Position numbers and translations under genes: made by a program
Shown here: piece by piece, positions 24,460-37,206 of the stretch
Layout: each line of letters starts with the position of its first letter
Numbering within the stretch: the stretch's first letter is position 1
The notes under the pieces: generated by a model
Seen by the model: only the letters and a program-made list of their open reading frames with translations
Told to the model about the DNA's origin: nothing
Database searches by the model: none
Source of the DNA: Pelomyxa schiedti
Lineage: Eukaryota > Protista > Evosea
Length of the DNA: 42,953 nucleotides
Assembly: GCA_020536535.1 (NCBI GenBank)
Contig: JAHLWZ010000638.1
Coordinates: 1-42,953 of the forward strand
Reading direction: 5' to 3'

Positions 24460-25119
24460 TTGATTTCCTAAGATGTCAGGTCCGAGTGCTGACTCAGCAG
24501 GTCAGTCTCTCAGTCTCGGTGTTCGTGCTTGTGCTCGCAGAGAGTTTGCTTGTGTATTCTACAGAATCACACAGGTGCAGCTGGTTGGACTCATCCTGCT
24601 TCCTCCAGAGGCCTCAATGCCCATTCCATCAAATGGAAGTCAGGTTTTGCTCTTTCTCCACTCCACATATTTTCTGCACTCTTCTTTTTTTCCGAATCAG
24701 CCCTCTTTGCTTTTCCAGTTCAGTTCCTCCTCTGGCTCAAGAAATAGGTCCGATTTGAAAAGTTGAGCCATTTCCTTGCTCTTGGTGGTGAACTGCTTCC
24801 CATCATATTTCCGCACTAATCCTTTTGTAAGGTGCATTGTCAGAAATGTGTGCTTCAATATCCTAAAAGTGCCAGCATCCACCATCGTGAACCATCAGAG
24901 TGCAGAAAATATGTGGAGTGGAGAAAGAGCAAAACCTGACTTCCATTTGATGGAATGGGCATTGAGGCCTCTGGAGGAAGCAGGATGAGTCCAACCATCT
25001 GCACCTGTGTGATTCTGTAGAATACACAAGCAAACTCTCTGCGAGCACAAGCACGAACACCGAGACTGAGAGACTGACCTGCTGAGTCAGCACTCGGACC
25101 TGACATCTTAGGAAATCAA
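24460..25119. repeat. ~220-bp near-perfect inverted repeat (24460-24680 / 24899-25119) with ~220-bp spacer, ending at an N-gap
   Basis: Nearly identical ORF translations on opposite strands (MSGPSADSAGQ...) and a direct base match. Confidence 0.93.
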
Positions 25120-25219
25120 NNNNNNNNNNNNNNNNNNNNNNNNNNNNNNNNNNNNNNNNNNNNNNNNNNNNNNNNNNNNNNNNNNNNNNNNNNNNNNNNN
25201 NNNNNNNNNNNNNNNNNNN

Positions 25220-26018
25220 GAGTCCGCTATATGGATGACAATTTTCTATGTCATCAATTTACTCCGGAGGTTGTATACTTACCCCAAAAACACACTGCCA
25301 TCAATATTTTGGACTGTACTAAGGTTTGTTTAATTACAAAAAGCTTTTTCCTTCACATACTCACCAGGCAATCATTACTAAATGGCAATGGAAAGTTATT
25401 GTGGAGGTATTTAATCACTTTAAAGTTTGATTTATCTAAGGCAATAAGGTTACTGATGGTGCTTCCAATATGAAGTCATCGGTTCGACAACTGAACCACC
25501 TTTGGGTTCATTGCTATGCTCACCGTTTGAACCTTTGCATGCAAGAAACATTACCACAGCCTTTTCTCGAAGGTTGGATAAAAAAAATTTTTTTTTTTTT
25601 GGTCACCTTTAATATTCAAATAGATTAATGCCCTTGTCAGTAAGATTCGACGCTCACCTAAGTGAAGTGAGATCTTGAAACAATATTGCACAGAAGAAGA
25701 ACCCTACCACCAACCAAAGCCTGTATGCCTGTATGTTTGTGTTCCTTACTTTTGGAATAGTTAGTAACTTGTTTAGAATCACAGAATTCGTTGGTTGGGA
25801 ACATACTTAATGTTGTCATCTATGTCAAAGTATTTTTGTATACTTTTAAGTCTTCGTTGACTCATTTAAGGCTACGAATCCCTATTACTTCCGCTCTTGC
25901 TGATCCTGACAGTGGTTTTACACCTAAATCGACACAAGACTTGTCCACTTCAGAATGGAATGATCTTGAGGCGTTAACACTGTTGCTACGGGGTCCTTAT
26001 GAGGTTTTTCTTTTATCA
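25220..26018 (+). mobile_element. hAT transposon remnant, copy 3 (internal fragment)
   Basis: Near-identical to 23179-23808, plus about 140 bp (LRIPITSAL..LSTSEWNDLEALTLLLRG) absent from copy 2. Confidence 0.88.
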
Positions 26019-27004
26019 CAAGTTGAATGATAGGATTGCCAACTCTATCTCTTGTGTTAGTGCACTGGCTCGGCTTCGCTTGTTTGATTTCTTTCACTTC
26101 CACTGGCATTTGGTGCTATTTGCGCTTCACAATCCCTTCATGTTCATTGTTTCGTTCTGAGCCAGGAATCCACCCCACACTCCTCAGCCAGGAGAGCAGA
26201 GTAGCATTGAGGCGCTGCACCGGAGGGTGCAAAGAGACGTGGCTCAGGGGAGGCCATCTTCCAGCTTCGCGTTCAGTGTAAATCTCATGCCATTGACTGT
26301 TACACGTCTCGAAGACCAAAGTCATGAAGCCCAAAGACAGCTACGTGCCGGGTCACTTTCCATCCCCAATTTGACTGCCGCCATCCCACACAATATCAAA
26401 TGAGAGCTGTGTGCTTTATTGTGGGTGTGAAACCAGGCCCCGCAATGTACAAATTGCACTCAATAGCACGGAAGCGGAAGGAGCTTTACTTGCTCTTGGG
26501 TGGGGAATAGGGCCTCGCGTTCTGTAGTGGGCAAACAGTGATGTAATGTTTCCTACGCGATGACTGACCTAGCCAGTGGGAGTTGACAAGCTCTGGACAG
26601 AGTGAAACATTCTATCTATTCTTGGGCACTCAGGCTCAATTTATGATGGTAGGTAAAGCAAGTTGCCCGGAATGTGGAGACCCGCACTACCCAGCTGCAA
26701 TACTGTGCACTGCTTTTCAGCCAGTGCCTCTACGGATTCAACAATATTCCCGGTGGGTATGGCCAAACCGAGGTTTTTTGCAATTTCTGAAGCATCCACT
26801 CCACAATGTCTGAGTTACAACCAGCAAATGCCGACATCTGGTAAAACGAAAGTGTTGACAGAACTTGATATTGTAGAACCCTGGTATGTGCGCATCAGCT
26901 CAGCACCCCTTTCTATCAAAAGTTCTGCCACTGGAACGCTGCCATGTTTGAACTGCTGTTAGGTAGGGTCGGGGTGTTCTTGAAGAGTTTATGGCTGACA
27001 TAGA

Positions 27005-27480
27005 AGGACCATTTTTACAATCTCGAACCTATTCTTCAAGGCTTCTCTTCAATACGGATGAAACTTTCATTTTTGCATAGGCTAGGGGAAAAGGAATCAA
27101 GAGACTGACGTATGGAGAGATGTACACCCCACCGGCACTTGATAAAACATGCTAAAGGTAAACATATTACTTCCGTCGTAGCCATTAATTCTGCAGGGGA
27201 ATCTTAATCAAATTTATACCTTTCTTCCTTTGAAGAAATTACTTGCACTCCCACACTGCCTTCAAGGTGCCTTTGCTTGGTCAGGGAGCTCCAAAGGTTG
27301 GCTGGATTAGCACTGCCATTTTACGCAGCCTGGAAACCTTTTCGTGGAAATTTTGTGGACTGAAATCCCTGCGTTGAATCCTCTGGTTGAAAGTGTCTGT
27401 GCGAAACCTTTAACACTGGCAATAGAGTACTCGACACCGCCGTCAACGTTAACTGTGTAGCTTACCAACGATCTCTCCTG
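27005..27480 (+). mobile_element. pogo/Tigger-like DDE_1 transposase remnant, copy A (internally deleted)
   Basis: YSSRLLFNTDET, HITSVVAINSAG and SSKGW; nucleotide homology to 33030-33180 and 33805-33900. Confidence 0.75.
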
Positions 27481-28085
27481 GCACTCGTTAGCACTCAACG
27501 GCAACCATTTGCACCCACTAGCACGCTCCCACGACCACCACCAGCACTCACAACTCACAAGCACGTTCCAGCCACCACTAACTAACACCCGGCAAAAGCT
27601 CCATCTTTCCAGCAACTACCGGACCACATCACTCCGGAACCCATCACCCTAACCTGGAAGCTACCAGCCGCTTCCCGCCTCTTCCAGGAACTCCTACTGC
27701 TCTCTAACAGTCCCCGATGTTCCAGCAATCACTGTAGCTCACCAACACCCTCCAGTAACCACCGGCGCTCGCCAGTACATTCCCAGCAACTAGTGGCTCA
27801 CACCTACGCATTCCAGCAACCACCGGCGATCACCAGCACACATTCCGGAAACCGCCGGCACTCGCCATCGCCAGCCACATTCCAGCAACCTTTTAGCACT
27901 CGCGGGCATGTTGGCAGTAACCACCGGCAATCACCAGCGCAGCACGCATTCCAGCCAACTACCGACACTCACCAGCACAGTCACCCCATTCCGGCCAATC
28001 ACACCGGCTCCTATCTACACGTTCCAGCAACCACCGGCAATCACCATCTCACATCTACACATTGGCAGCGACCACTGGCACTCTT
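27480..28085. repeat. Degenerate ~30-bp minisatellite (core cacattccagcaaccaccggc), array A
   Basis: The core recurs many times; homologous to 34030-34690. Confidence 0.85.
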
Positions 28086-28383
28086 CCATACCTTACAGCC
28101 AACTGCAGTTGTATGTACAGTGCAGTCACACAGTCACCAATCATCCTCCATAATAATTGCCTCGTGGCGGCACCTACCGCACTCAGAGAGGCAGGAGTCA
28201 CTTGCTCGCGAATTCCCCCCCGCATCCAACTCTACCCTTTTTTTAGAAGACACCGAATTAGCTCTAAAACAAAAAATAAAAAAAAAAAAGAATTTTGTTT
28301 GAAAAAAGCGGGGGATAAAGCGTAAACGTTCCAATGGAAAGGAAGGAGTGGGTTTTTGATATGTTTGGCTTGTGTGGGGGCCG

Positions 28384-30779
28384 TCAAAAATCGACCATGT
28401 CGACGTCTTCGTCCTCGCCCTCCTCCTCCTCCTCGTCCCCGTCGGTGTGAATATCTCCCGGGAAAGGCTGCGGTGGGTGGTTGTTGCCGGTTGAGGAGGT
28501 CGTAGTGGTTGATGAAGTTGCGGTGGCAGTGACGGTGGTTGTGGCTGGAGCTGTCCCCCTGCCGCTTTCAGCTGCTGTGGTTGTGGTTGCTGCTGCTTCA
28601 GTATCGGTGCCTAAAAACCAGCGGTGCTGCTCAACTTGATCAAGCGTGATGCGCGTAGTTGGCTCTGGATCCAGCAACTTTTGTGTTAAGTCCATTGCTG
28701 TCAATACCGTTAGAATATAGGCAACCAAAGTAAACATACCTGATTCAGAGACGGAGTGTCCAGAAGGCCATGTGTAATTACCAGCTACTGTGCATAAAAA
28801 GTAAGAAAGAAAAGTCTGAACATGAAAGAGGGAATCAAAAAAAAACCTATGTTGTCCCTGGTGGTTTCAAAAGACTCACCTCTGGCCCCAAAGGGGTAAC
28901 TGCCACAAAGCCTAGGTAGGGTAAGCAACCTTTTGTTGTTTGCTTGAAGGAGATAGACATCACTCACATCACGAAAAGTATTACTCCGATACTCCTGGGT
29001 GAATGAAATAAGTCGTGAGGGGAGAAGTGGAGGCCATACATACCAGTTGTCAATGGAATTGGTATATCCAACCTGCTTGCGTTCAGCTACGCGCAGCACT
29101 TCAGGTGCTGCATACTGCAGGGTTCCAACTATGGTTTGCGCAATGGCGGTATCGTTCTCTGGGGTTGAAATTCTTTTAAAAGCAGAAATTGAGCTGCTCC
29201 CCCTTACCCATTATACTAGCGAATTTGAATCCCTGCGAGGCACAAAAGGTCAGATTTTGGTGTGTGAATTAAATTCAGATTACTTACAGTGAGCTTGACA
29301 TCAGGATAGTCGGTATTAGCCTGCAGGAGTAGGATGTGCTCCGGCTGAATCAAAAAAAAAAAATAAAAAAGGAAAAGGGGTTTTTTGTGGGGGAAAAAAA
29401 AAACCAAGGGAGAGAAAAGCACACAAACCCGCAGGTCCCTGTTTGAAGTTAGAATGCAACGAAATACTTGGTAGGGTGTAGGTGCCTGTGAATGATGTTG
29501 TTCTGGTGCAAATAACGTAAGCCATTCACAATCTGCCTGAAGAAATGCAACGCCTGCCGCTCTCGGAGCCGGCCTCTCTGCGAATTCGGTGTAAGCAAGA
29601 GAAAGAAGAAAGGGAAAAATAAAACACTCAGACCTGCTCAATCAAAGTAGCGAGGTCTCCACCCTTGGCCCTGGTTTTTTTTTTTTTTTTTTTTTGGAAA
29701 TTAGCTTAAATCGCAAAGTGGATACAAACAAGTGCACACACACACATTTCCATCATGAGCCATCCGGTCATGGACACCGGCGAGTAAAAGAAGTCGTGAA
29801 GCGTGATGACGTTGGCATTGGGGGTCTGCATCCTCTGGAATGAACTCACTTCGTGTTGCAGTGATTCAAATTTATTGTTTTGGCAAACTATCCGCTTTCC
29901 AGCCATCCACCTCTGGTGGCGGATGGAGAAAACTTCGTACACCACCGTGGTGCGAGCACCGTTACCAAGAGGCCTCTGGGTGAGATCGTAGGACAGCAGA
30001 ACTGGATCCTGATTTCCAAGTGGCTTAGTGTCGGCGCAGCGTTTGAATCGCGACATACCTCTGGGCTGACATCGAAAATACTGGGAGCTTGTCCGGTTCC
30101 AAGTTGAAATATAAAGGAAACTTCAACGTCTTGAAAGATCAATTGATTCAATCAATGGGAAATGATGATGGTACGAGGAGGGTTAGTTGTACGACTTCGT
30201 TTTGGAGAGGATACCTTTTGCTACTCTGATCGATATCCTGCAACCAGATGTGAGTATCGTTTTGTGGCGTTGAATAGTTTCTGTTCCAACTTTTGTTCCT
30301 GTTGTGCTGTGTATCAAAGGTGAACAAGATTGAGATACGACGTTATGCAAACCAAAAAAGAAAACCCCCTTTTATTCCATTCATTTTATATAAAATGTGT
30401 GTCATATCACGCCCCAACTGCGCCCAAACCTTGTATCCTCCAGCATTGCTACTCCACTCCCAATCAATGATATCGTGGCATGCGTCTTCGCCACCCGGTT
30501 TGACCCGAGCCTCCTCGCATCGACCACAACGTCATTTTCACTTCCACTCCCAATTGTGAACTGGTGACGGTCGGCCCGCAAGTAAAAAGCGGGATGTTGC
30601 AGCAACTCCAGCCCCTGGTCAACGACCAGCCTTCCGTAATACCCACCTTTAAAACGAGTGGTCAGATCTCACCTCGGTTGTAAAGGGCACGTACCTCGCT
30701 CAGTACTCATGGCAGCGGCAGAGGCGGATTGCGTAGTCGTCGTTGTGGCTGCTGCTGTTGGCGTCGCTGTTGCTGCCAT
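28384..30779 (-). CDS. Multi-exon FHA-domain + CAMK-group kinase (Chk2/Dun1-like architecture) with atypical catalytic motifs
   Basis: FHA-like [21 protein letters not shown]; kinase LGNGA, MAGK, HEV, GGDL, LRYLH..IIHR|DLR|PEHILL, VKLT|[42 protein letters not shown]; Thr-rich and acidic tail. Confidence 0.88.
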
Positions 30780-32109
30780 TCCCCGGGTTGTTTTCTTTTT
30801 TCTTTTTTTTTTTTTTTTTTGCAATCTCATCTCATTGGCATTCTTTTTCCGGGGTTTTCTGAATGCGAAAAAGGAGAAAATTCTTTCGTTGGGGCAAAGC
30901 ACAATTGCTCTAGTAGCAGCCTGCCTGCCCAATGTGGTCCTCCTCCTTTGCCTTTGTGGCACCTTCAAGGGTGCCAGTCGATAGGGTACGATTGGACAAA
31001 GTCAAGAAAGGCGTCGAAAGAAGTCCTGGTGTGGTGGGAGTGCACGGGTCGGTGTGGTCTGTGCTGCTATTTGACCATTTCATTCGCGCGACAACACGGC
31101 AAACTCGACAAGCCCTCTGAGGAAATGTCAGATGGAAAAAGAACCAAGCTGAAGTACCTTGGGTAACACCTTGTTAAGAAACTGGACCGCGGAACATTCT
31201 GCGCTTTGTCAACACTCTGGTGCCAAAGGCTCACAGCCAAAGTGCATTGATCTGTCAGTCAGGATTTGAGGGGGAAGGTACTGTCTTAATGTATGCGTAC
31301 CGTGATATTTTTATCACTGTGGCAAGTGGCCACAGGAAATCGAAAACCTGCTGCCAACAGCCCACATCGGCAAGCAAACAAAAGACGTCGTTTGAAAGTG
31401 TAATCGCAGCAGCATGTCGTAAAAGCGCAGGAAAAGTTGAGTGATTCATCATACATAGGTATCTCGTTACATGTAGAGAGCGCTATCTCTTATCGGTATT
31501 GGGTGACCTTGACTTGTCAAACAACTGAAGAGCTGTTGCTTGAGAGGTTGATCACTCCGGAACGCGCATCGTGTTGTTTGCTGGCTGCTGTTGAATTTTG
31601 TTTGTCCTAAGGATTTGACTTTATCATAAAGTAATCGTTGGAGGTGTTGATCAGATTACATTTCTGCATCAAGCCCTTGGGTGGTGGTGCCAAAAGCTCA
31701 CTGTCGTGGTGTGCTCGGCTACTTTCATTCGTGTAAATTTCTTCCTGCTTCTTTTGAAGAGGTTGTGCGCTGTGTTCCTCGATTGTGCTAATTTACAGAA
31801 GAGTGCGGCAGTATCGCGTAGTCTACAGGTGAATGAATTAATATATATTGTGCGCAATGAAATGTGGCATCGCTCTACAAAAAACAACACTTGCAAAATA
31901 AAAAAAAAAAAAATGGTGTTACAGTGTAAAAATAAGAAGACAACATGCATCAATCCTAGTAGTGCCGGAACGAGTAAACAGCACTACGGCACTAGTTCCG
32001 TAATACGGAAGACCTCGCTCGAGATCTTGCCACCACGTTTAACACCGGCAATAAATTTAGTGAAGAAAATGGAAATCTTGTCTCTTTGAATCTGATCAGA
32101 TCAAATCTG

Positions 32110-32435
32110 ACGGCAGTGTTGGGGTGTGATTTGTGTATGTGGGGGCGTGGTGTTGGTTGCGGCCAATGTAGTTGTGGGGTGTGCAGTGTCACTTGTGGGT
32201 ACACAGTCAGTAATGTGGAGTCTGACAACACAGTTGCCAGGCAACCAACAAGCAGTTCTGGCAACACCACAAACAAAAAGACTTGTGGTAGCAGCACAGG
32301 CAGCACTACGAGAGGCACCAGCGTAGGCAGCAACACAGACAACAGCACGCACAGGCGGCAGCATTAGCGGCAGCACCACAAGCAGCAAGCACAACGAGCA
32401 GCAACATGGGAAGCAGCACACCCAGCACCAGCAGC

Positions 32436-32468
<33 letters not shown>

Positions 32469-32570
32469 GTCATCGTCATCGTCATCACCATCATCATTGG
32501 CAGCAATGCAGGTAGCACAACAAGCACGAGCAGCACAAGCAGCAGCACGGTCAGTGCAAGTAGCAACACA
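32110..32570. repeat. Low-complexity CAG/CAC/CAT-rich tract
   Basis: (cagca)-, (cac)n and (cat)n runs give overlapping low-complexity ORFs in most frames. Confidence 0.85.
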
Positions 32571-32959
32571 AGGAATCAATCTCTCAGGGTCACTCATTCA
32601 AATTTGCCCAGGCTGCTCACAAGGATTGGAACAACATGAGGCAACAACTTGCGAAGCAAAGTCACAAGCATTGCGAAGCATTGTCTGTCTTAAAACCAAA
32701 ACAACAAACAGTCAGAATTGAACACACTGATGGGCAAAACAACATGACGAAATACAACAGAGGAATGGAATGTTGTTCAGGTCTCATGTTTTTCCTCTCT
32801 TGGCTCCTTTGCAACAAAAACCACTGCAAATAACCATGGAATCTGAATCTGGACGAAAAAAGAATTCTGGGTTAGTACTGGAAAGGACATGGCCAAGTTG
32901 TCCATATTCAGCAAGAGATGGTCACAGGGATTTTTGCTGCGTAGCAGCAAACCCAAATC

Positions 32960-34030
32960 TCCATTTTTCTGAACAACACAGCTTATGGAAGAAACACGGT
33001 TGTCATCTAAGGGTGTTATTGAAGAGTTTCTGTCGAAATGGAAGGGCCTACTACAATCTCAAACCTATTCTTCAAGGCTTCTCTTCAATATGGATGAAAC
33101 TCTTATTCCTGCACAGGTTAGGGGAAAGGGAGTCAAGAGACTGACATATGGGGGTATTCACCCAAAGGCTGGATTAACGCTGCTATTTATGTAGCTTCTT
33201 GGATGAAAGATATATTTATACCATCTGTGGAGAACACGCGAAAGACTATGCAGTTTCCTTTTGTACCTTCTATCTTAGTTTCTGATGGTCACAAAACAAG
33301 AGATAACCCAGAAGCACTAACACTGCATCGACACATTATATTCATTTAGTCAAAATCCCTCCCCACTCCTCTCACATTTTTTTCAACCATTGGACCTTTG
33401 CACCTTTGACGGTTTTGAAACAAAGGCTAAGCTCTAATTATGAACCAGTAGATGGATGGGGAGACTGGACCTGCAAAAAAAACGAGCCAAGTTGCTCATT
33501 GCCACCGCAGAGGCTCTACAGTATGCTCTGGTTCCAGATCTCATTCAGACTGGTTGGAGGGGAACAGGTCTTTGGCCAGTTAATACTTCACCTTGGGAAA
33601 GTTCCAGCAGTCAACCTTGTTCATCTGCTCCACCCTGTGTATCACAGGAACCCCGAGAGAGTATCTTTCATACTATTGTACCTCCAACAAATTATCTCAC
33701 CTTCTCTTGGGCAACTCAACAAGGAGTCTCTAGCCAAGGCCCAAAAGAGATGTGGGAGCAAGAACTCAGGAACACCTTCAAAGCTGCACTAGATCAATCC
33801 CTCCTTGAATTCATTCTCTGGTTGAAAGTGCATGTTTGAAAGCTTTAACACCGACACTGACAATGAATTCAACACCTGGGCATCAACCATCGACCGTCAA
33901 CCTTAACAGCCCTTGTTGAACCAATAGTCAGTTTTGTCTCTGAGAATTCTGTATTAGATTCGACTGCATGCCTTCGACCTCTTCAAATCACCAGGAACCT
34001 CTTACAAAACCAACCTGTAACTTATCAACA
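32960..34030 (+). mobile_element. pogo/Tigger-like DDE_1 transposase remnant, copy B
   Basis: LFNMDET, KAGWI, LVSDGHKTR, IPPHSSH..QPLDL and IQTGWRGTGLWP form the DDE_1/CENP-B-like motif series, interrupted by frameshifts and stops. Confidence 0.88.
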
Positions 34031-34690
34031 CTCGCCTGCACTTGTTAGCACTCAACAGAAACAAACAATTTGCACCCACTAGCATGCCCCAGCCAGCACC
34101 AGCACTCACAAGCACCTTCCAGAAAACTACCAGATCTCACCCGTTTTCTGGAAACTACCAGCGCTTCCCAGCATCTTCCAGAAGCTCCCTTCCCTCTCCC
34201 TACTATTCCGGCAACCACAGCAGCTCACCAACACCCTCCGGTAACCCCTACAACTCAACAACACATTCCAGCAACCACCGGCTCAAATCGACACATTCCA
34301 GCAACTACTGACACTCGCCAGCACATACTGGGAACCACTGGCACTCACCAGAACATTCCAGCAACTTTCAGCACTGACCAGCATGTTGTCGTAACTACAG
34401 ACCCACATCTACACATTCCAGCAACTGCCGACATTCACCGGCCCACATACACACATTCCAGCAACCACCGGCTCAAATATACACATTCCAGCAACCACCG
34501 GCAATCACCAGCGTATTCTGGGCAATCGCTGACACTCACCAGCACATTCCCGCAATCGCCGGCTCGCATACCCACACCACATTCCAACAACCCACTGGCA
34601 CTCACCAGCACCTTCCGGCAATCACCGGTTCACATAAACACATTCCAGCGACCACCGGCAACCACAGGCATAGCACCTTCCAGCAATCAC
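34030..34690. repeat. Degenerate ~30-bp minisatellite, array B
   Basis: acacattcca occurs at 34261 and 34291, and the array translates as 10-aa repeats HIPATTxxxx. Confidence 0.9.
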
Positions 34691-35049
34691 CCCAAAACCA
34701 TCTCCGTTGGAACAATCTACGCCCGTGTTCATCAAAATGAGAGTGTCATTTCCAATCGCACCACCTGCACTTCCGCATCCGCATCCGCATCCACTCCCAT
34801 TCTCTGCGCCGTTCCCGTTCCCGTTCCCGTTCCCACACCACTTCCAGTCCCGTTTGCCCCCACAGAACCAGAGCCGGAGCCGGAGCCGGAGCCCACCACT
34901 ATGCTCGTGGTGACAGTGCTTCCTGAGGTCGTCTGAATGGCAACTTTCGCCTTGTTTTGTTGGTGCAACCAAAAAAAATTTGGCCATTTACTGTCGTATC
35001 ATTTAACCAGGAAATGCCATGACGTAAGTGCTGAACGCAGCAGTTTCTC

Positions 35050-35590
35050 GATGTTGTTGGTGACTACGAGTGTGTCGAGCTGCGCGTATCTCGCAGTTTC
35101 CCATTCCAACATCCTCATCCCGGCGGCTGTCCAGGTATATTGACAACCACACAGTGCCGCGAGAATGCAACCGGCGAGGAGCCAGGAGCACCGCTGACAC
35201 TTGCTTCATCAGGACCAGCAGTCCAACTTCCCCCATGCACGTGCAAGAGTGCAGAGTGCAGGTTGCATTGTCCCATTTCCTTTCCGCCGGGTCCTGGCAT
35301 AGGTGATCCCCAGCACAGCATGTCTCTGCAACTAAGGCACATCACTGGTTCTGCTGGTACTGAGCCGCACAAAGAGCAAGGGTGGTCAATGCTCATCCGG
35401 AAAAGGTTGACATATGAAGCCATGAAAGAAGTCAGTCACCCTGTGCGTAGGATGACCTCCTCATCTACAGCAGGAAACTTCTGCACTTGTACAGTGGCAC
35501 GTGGGAAACACTGTACAAAAAAAAGGCTGACTAGGGATACCACATCCCCGGCATGTCCTGCAATTGTTGAGATGTTATCCTGAGGTACCC
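35050..35590 (-). pseudogene. Fragment of an N-end-rule UBR1/2/PRT6-type E3 ligase C-terminal domain, frameshifted
   Basis: YVNLF..CSLCGSVPAEPVMCLSC..LC..GQCNLH, then in another frame GEVGLLVL..RGTVWLSIYLDSRRDED. No upstream UBR domains nearby. Confidence 0.72.
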
Positions 35591-36229
35591 ATCATGGATT
35601 GGATCTCACCTTGCGGCCAAAGCCACAGTCAAATTTCCAAAAGCGGACATAGTATTGAAGGCAAAGTCGGTACTGGGTCCCATGTTGCTGTCGCGGAGAA
35701 AGAGTACGCATGCGGCAGGTAAATCCGGATCTCTTAAAGCTTAGTGGCCAGCCAAGCGGCCGAGAGAAAAATCTGGAGGGTCATGGGAATGCAATCCTTT
35801 TTGACGCATTTCATACCTGGGTGAGAATATCGTCATGAATTCTTTGTGGTCCGACAACTAAGCTACGAAGCTTCTACTTGGCTTAGACTGGCTGTTGCAG
35901 ACTTTTCCGATGATTGGTGCCGCGCCATCAATCACCTGGCGGAACGTGAGACAGTTTGATCTGGGGGTGTTCGGAACATTCTTGATCAAGATATCGTTGA
36001 ACCATCGGTATCCCCGTGGTCTGGCACCTGTTGTTTTGGTTGGGTCTGGCAAGTAAACGAACCTTAAGAAATGTCAGATGGCAAAAGAACCAAGCTGAAG
36101 TACCTTGGGTCGCACCTTGTTTTGTTTCGGAAAGAGGTATTCAGCCAGGTAAAAACCAATAAAAGGCCAAAAACCTGTGTAACCACAAGTGAGAACTTTT
36201 CTAGGTTTGGCAGGTTACTACTACAGGCG

Positions 36230-36800
36230 TTTCATGCCAGGATTTGCTGAGCTGAGATTGGCGGGTCCAGTGGAACTACTGCACAAAGCGCTTCACAGGT
36301 CAGCCTCGAATAATATGGTTACGCAGTAGTAGTACATAGAACGGGAAACGTTGAATCCTGTAAATGATGCCTTGAGTAGATTGAACGAAGGTCACGCAAT
36401 TAGACTCACCAGAAAAACGATCGGTTGATGTAAGTTCGTGATAAACCCATCAGGTTCCGCATTGGTCGTACAACTGAACAAAAGAACATTTGGGGTAATT
36501 AATTACATTTTCGCACCAGTCGTATCTATATGAGGATCTGCAACTAACATTGCGGTTGAGGAGCAAAGAGGGATCATTACCACCACCAAAAAAGAGAAGA
36601 AAGAAGAAAGCCAAACGAAAGGGGAGAAACGGGGAGAAACGCGCGAAGTTTGTGTGTTGGGAGGGGAAGGGGGATCGTAAGTTGACACGCCGCACCCACT
36701 CTGCCTCAAATAAGTGAGAGTAAGATCTCCGAATAAGGCGTATGCGAATGACAACCGACACCCTCGGCCTCGCCTACGACGCCGTCTTGCCGGGCCACCA
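36230..36800 (-). CDS. Possible 5' fragment of a metallophosphoesterase (MPPE1/Cdc1-like) gene
   Basis: Only AMLVADPHI after a hydrophobic/Cys segment; downstream GD/GNHD motifs were not found. Confidence 0.2.
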
Positions 36801-37206
36801 CCAAATTAATAAACCCCAACTGCCCAATTGTTGTTGGGTGAGCCCACATAGAAGCAGTTGTAGCCACCGTCATACACTGAGGATTTCACCAAGCCACCCC
36901 CGCCAACCCCGACTCCACTCCACTCCACGCCGAGAGAGCGACAGCGTGCCGGATCGGGGGTAATTTCAGCGGTTGGCGAGGGCGCGACGACAACAACGCC
37001 TCCTTGTCCTCCTGTTATCTGTTTCGTCCTTTCGTAGAAAAAGCCGTCCCCGAATCTCCGACTTTCGGCAACCGGACGGAAGCCAAAAAAGGGTGTCAAG
37101 GACAAGGAGAAAAGCAATTCCAAAAAAAATTGTTGATTGGCTAGTGGTGGTCTGCACTTATTGTTGCTGTGCTGTTGCAAGTTGTTCTTGTCCTTGGGAT
37201 GGCGCT

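Noticed and set aside
31220-32089. Possible minus-strand gene or transposase remnant
   Set aside because: The frames are interrupted and no diagnostic motif was recognised.
34030-34690. CRISPR-like appearance of the ~30-bp repeats
   Set aside because: The units are contiguous and degenerate with no unique spacers, there are no cas genes, and the context is eukaryotic.
35858-36052. Possible TDP1-like N-terminal exon
   Set aside because: The resemblance is vague and no HxK catalytic motif was found.
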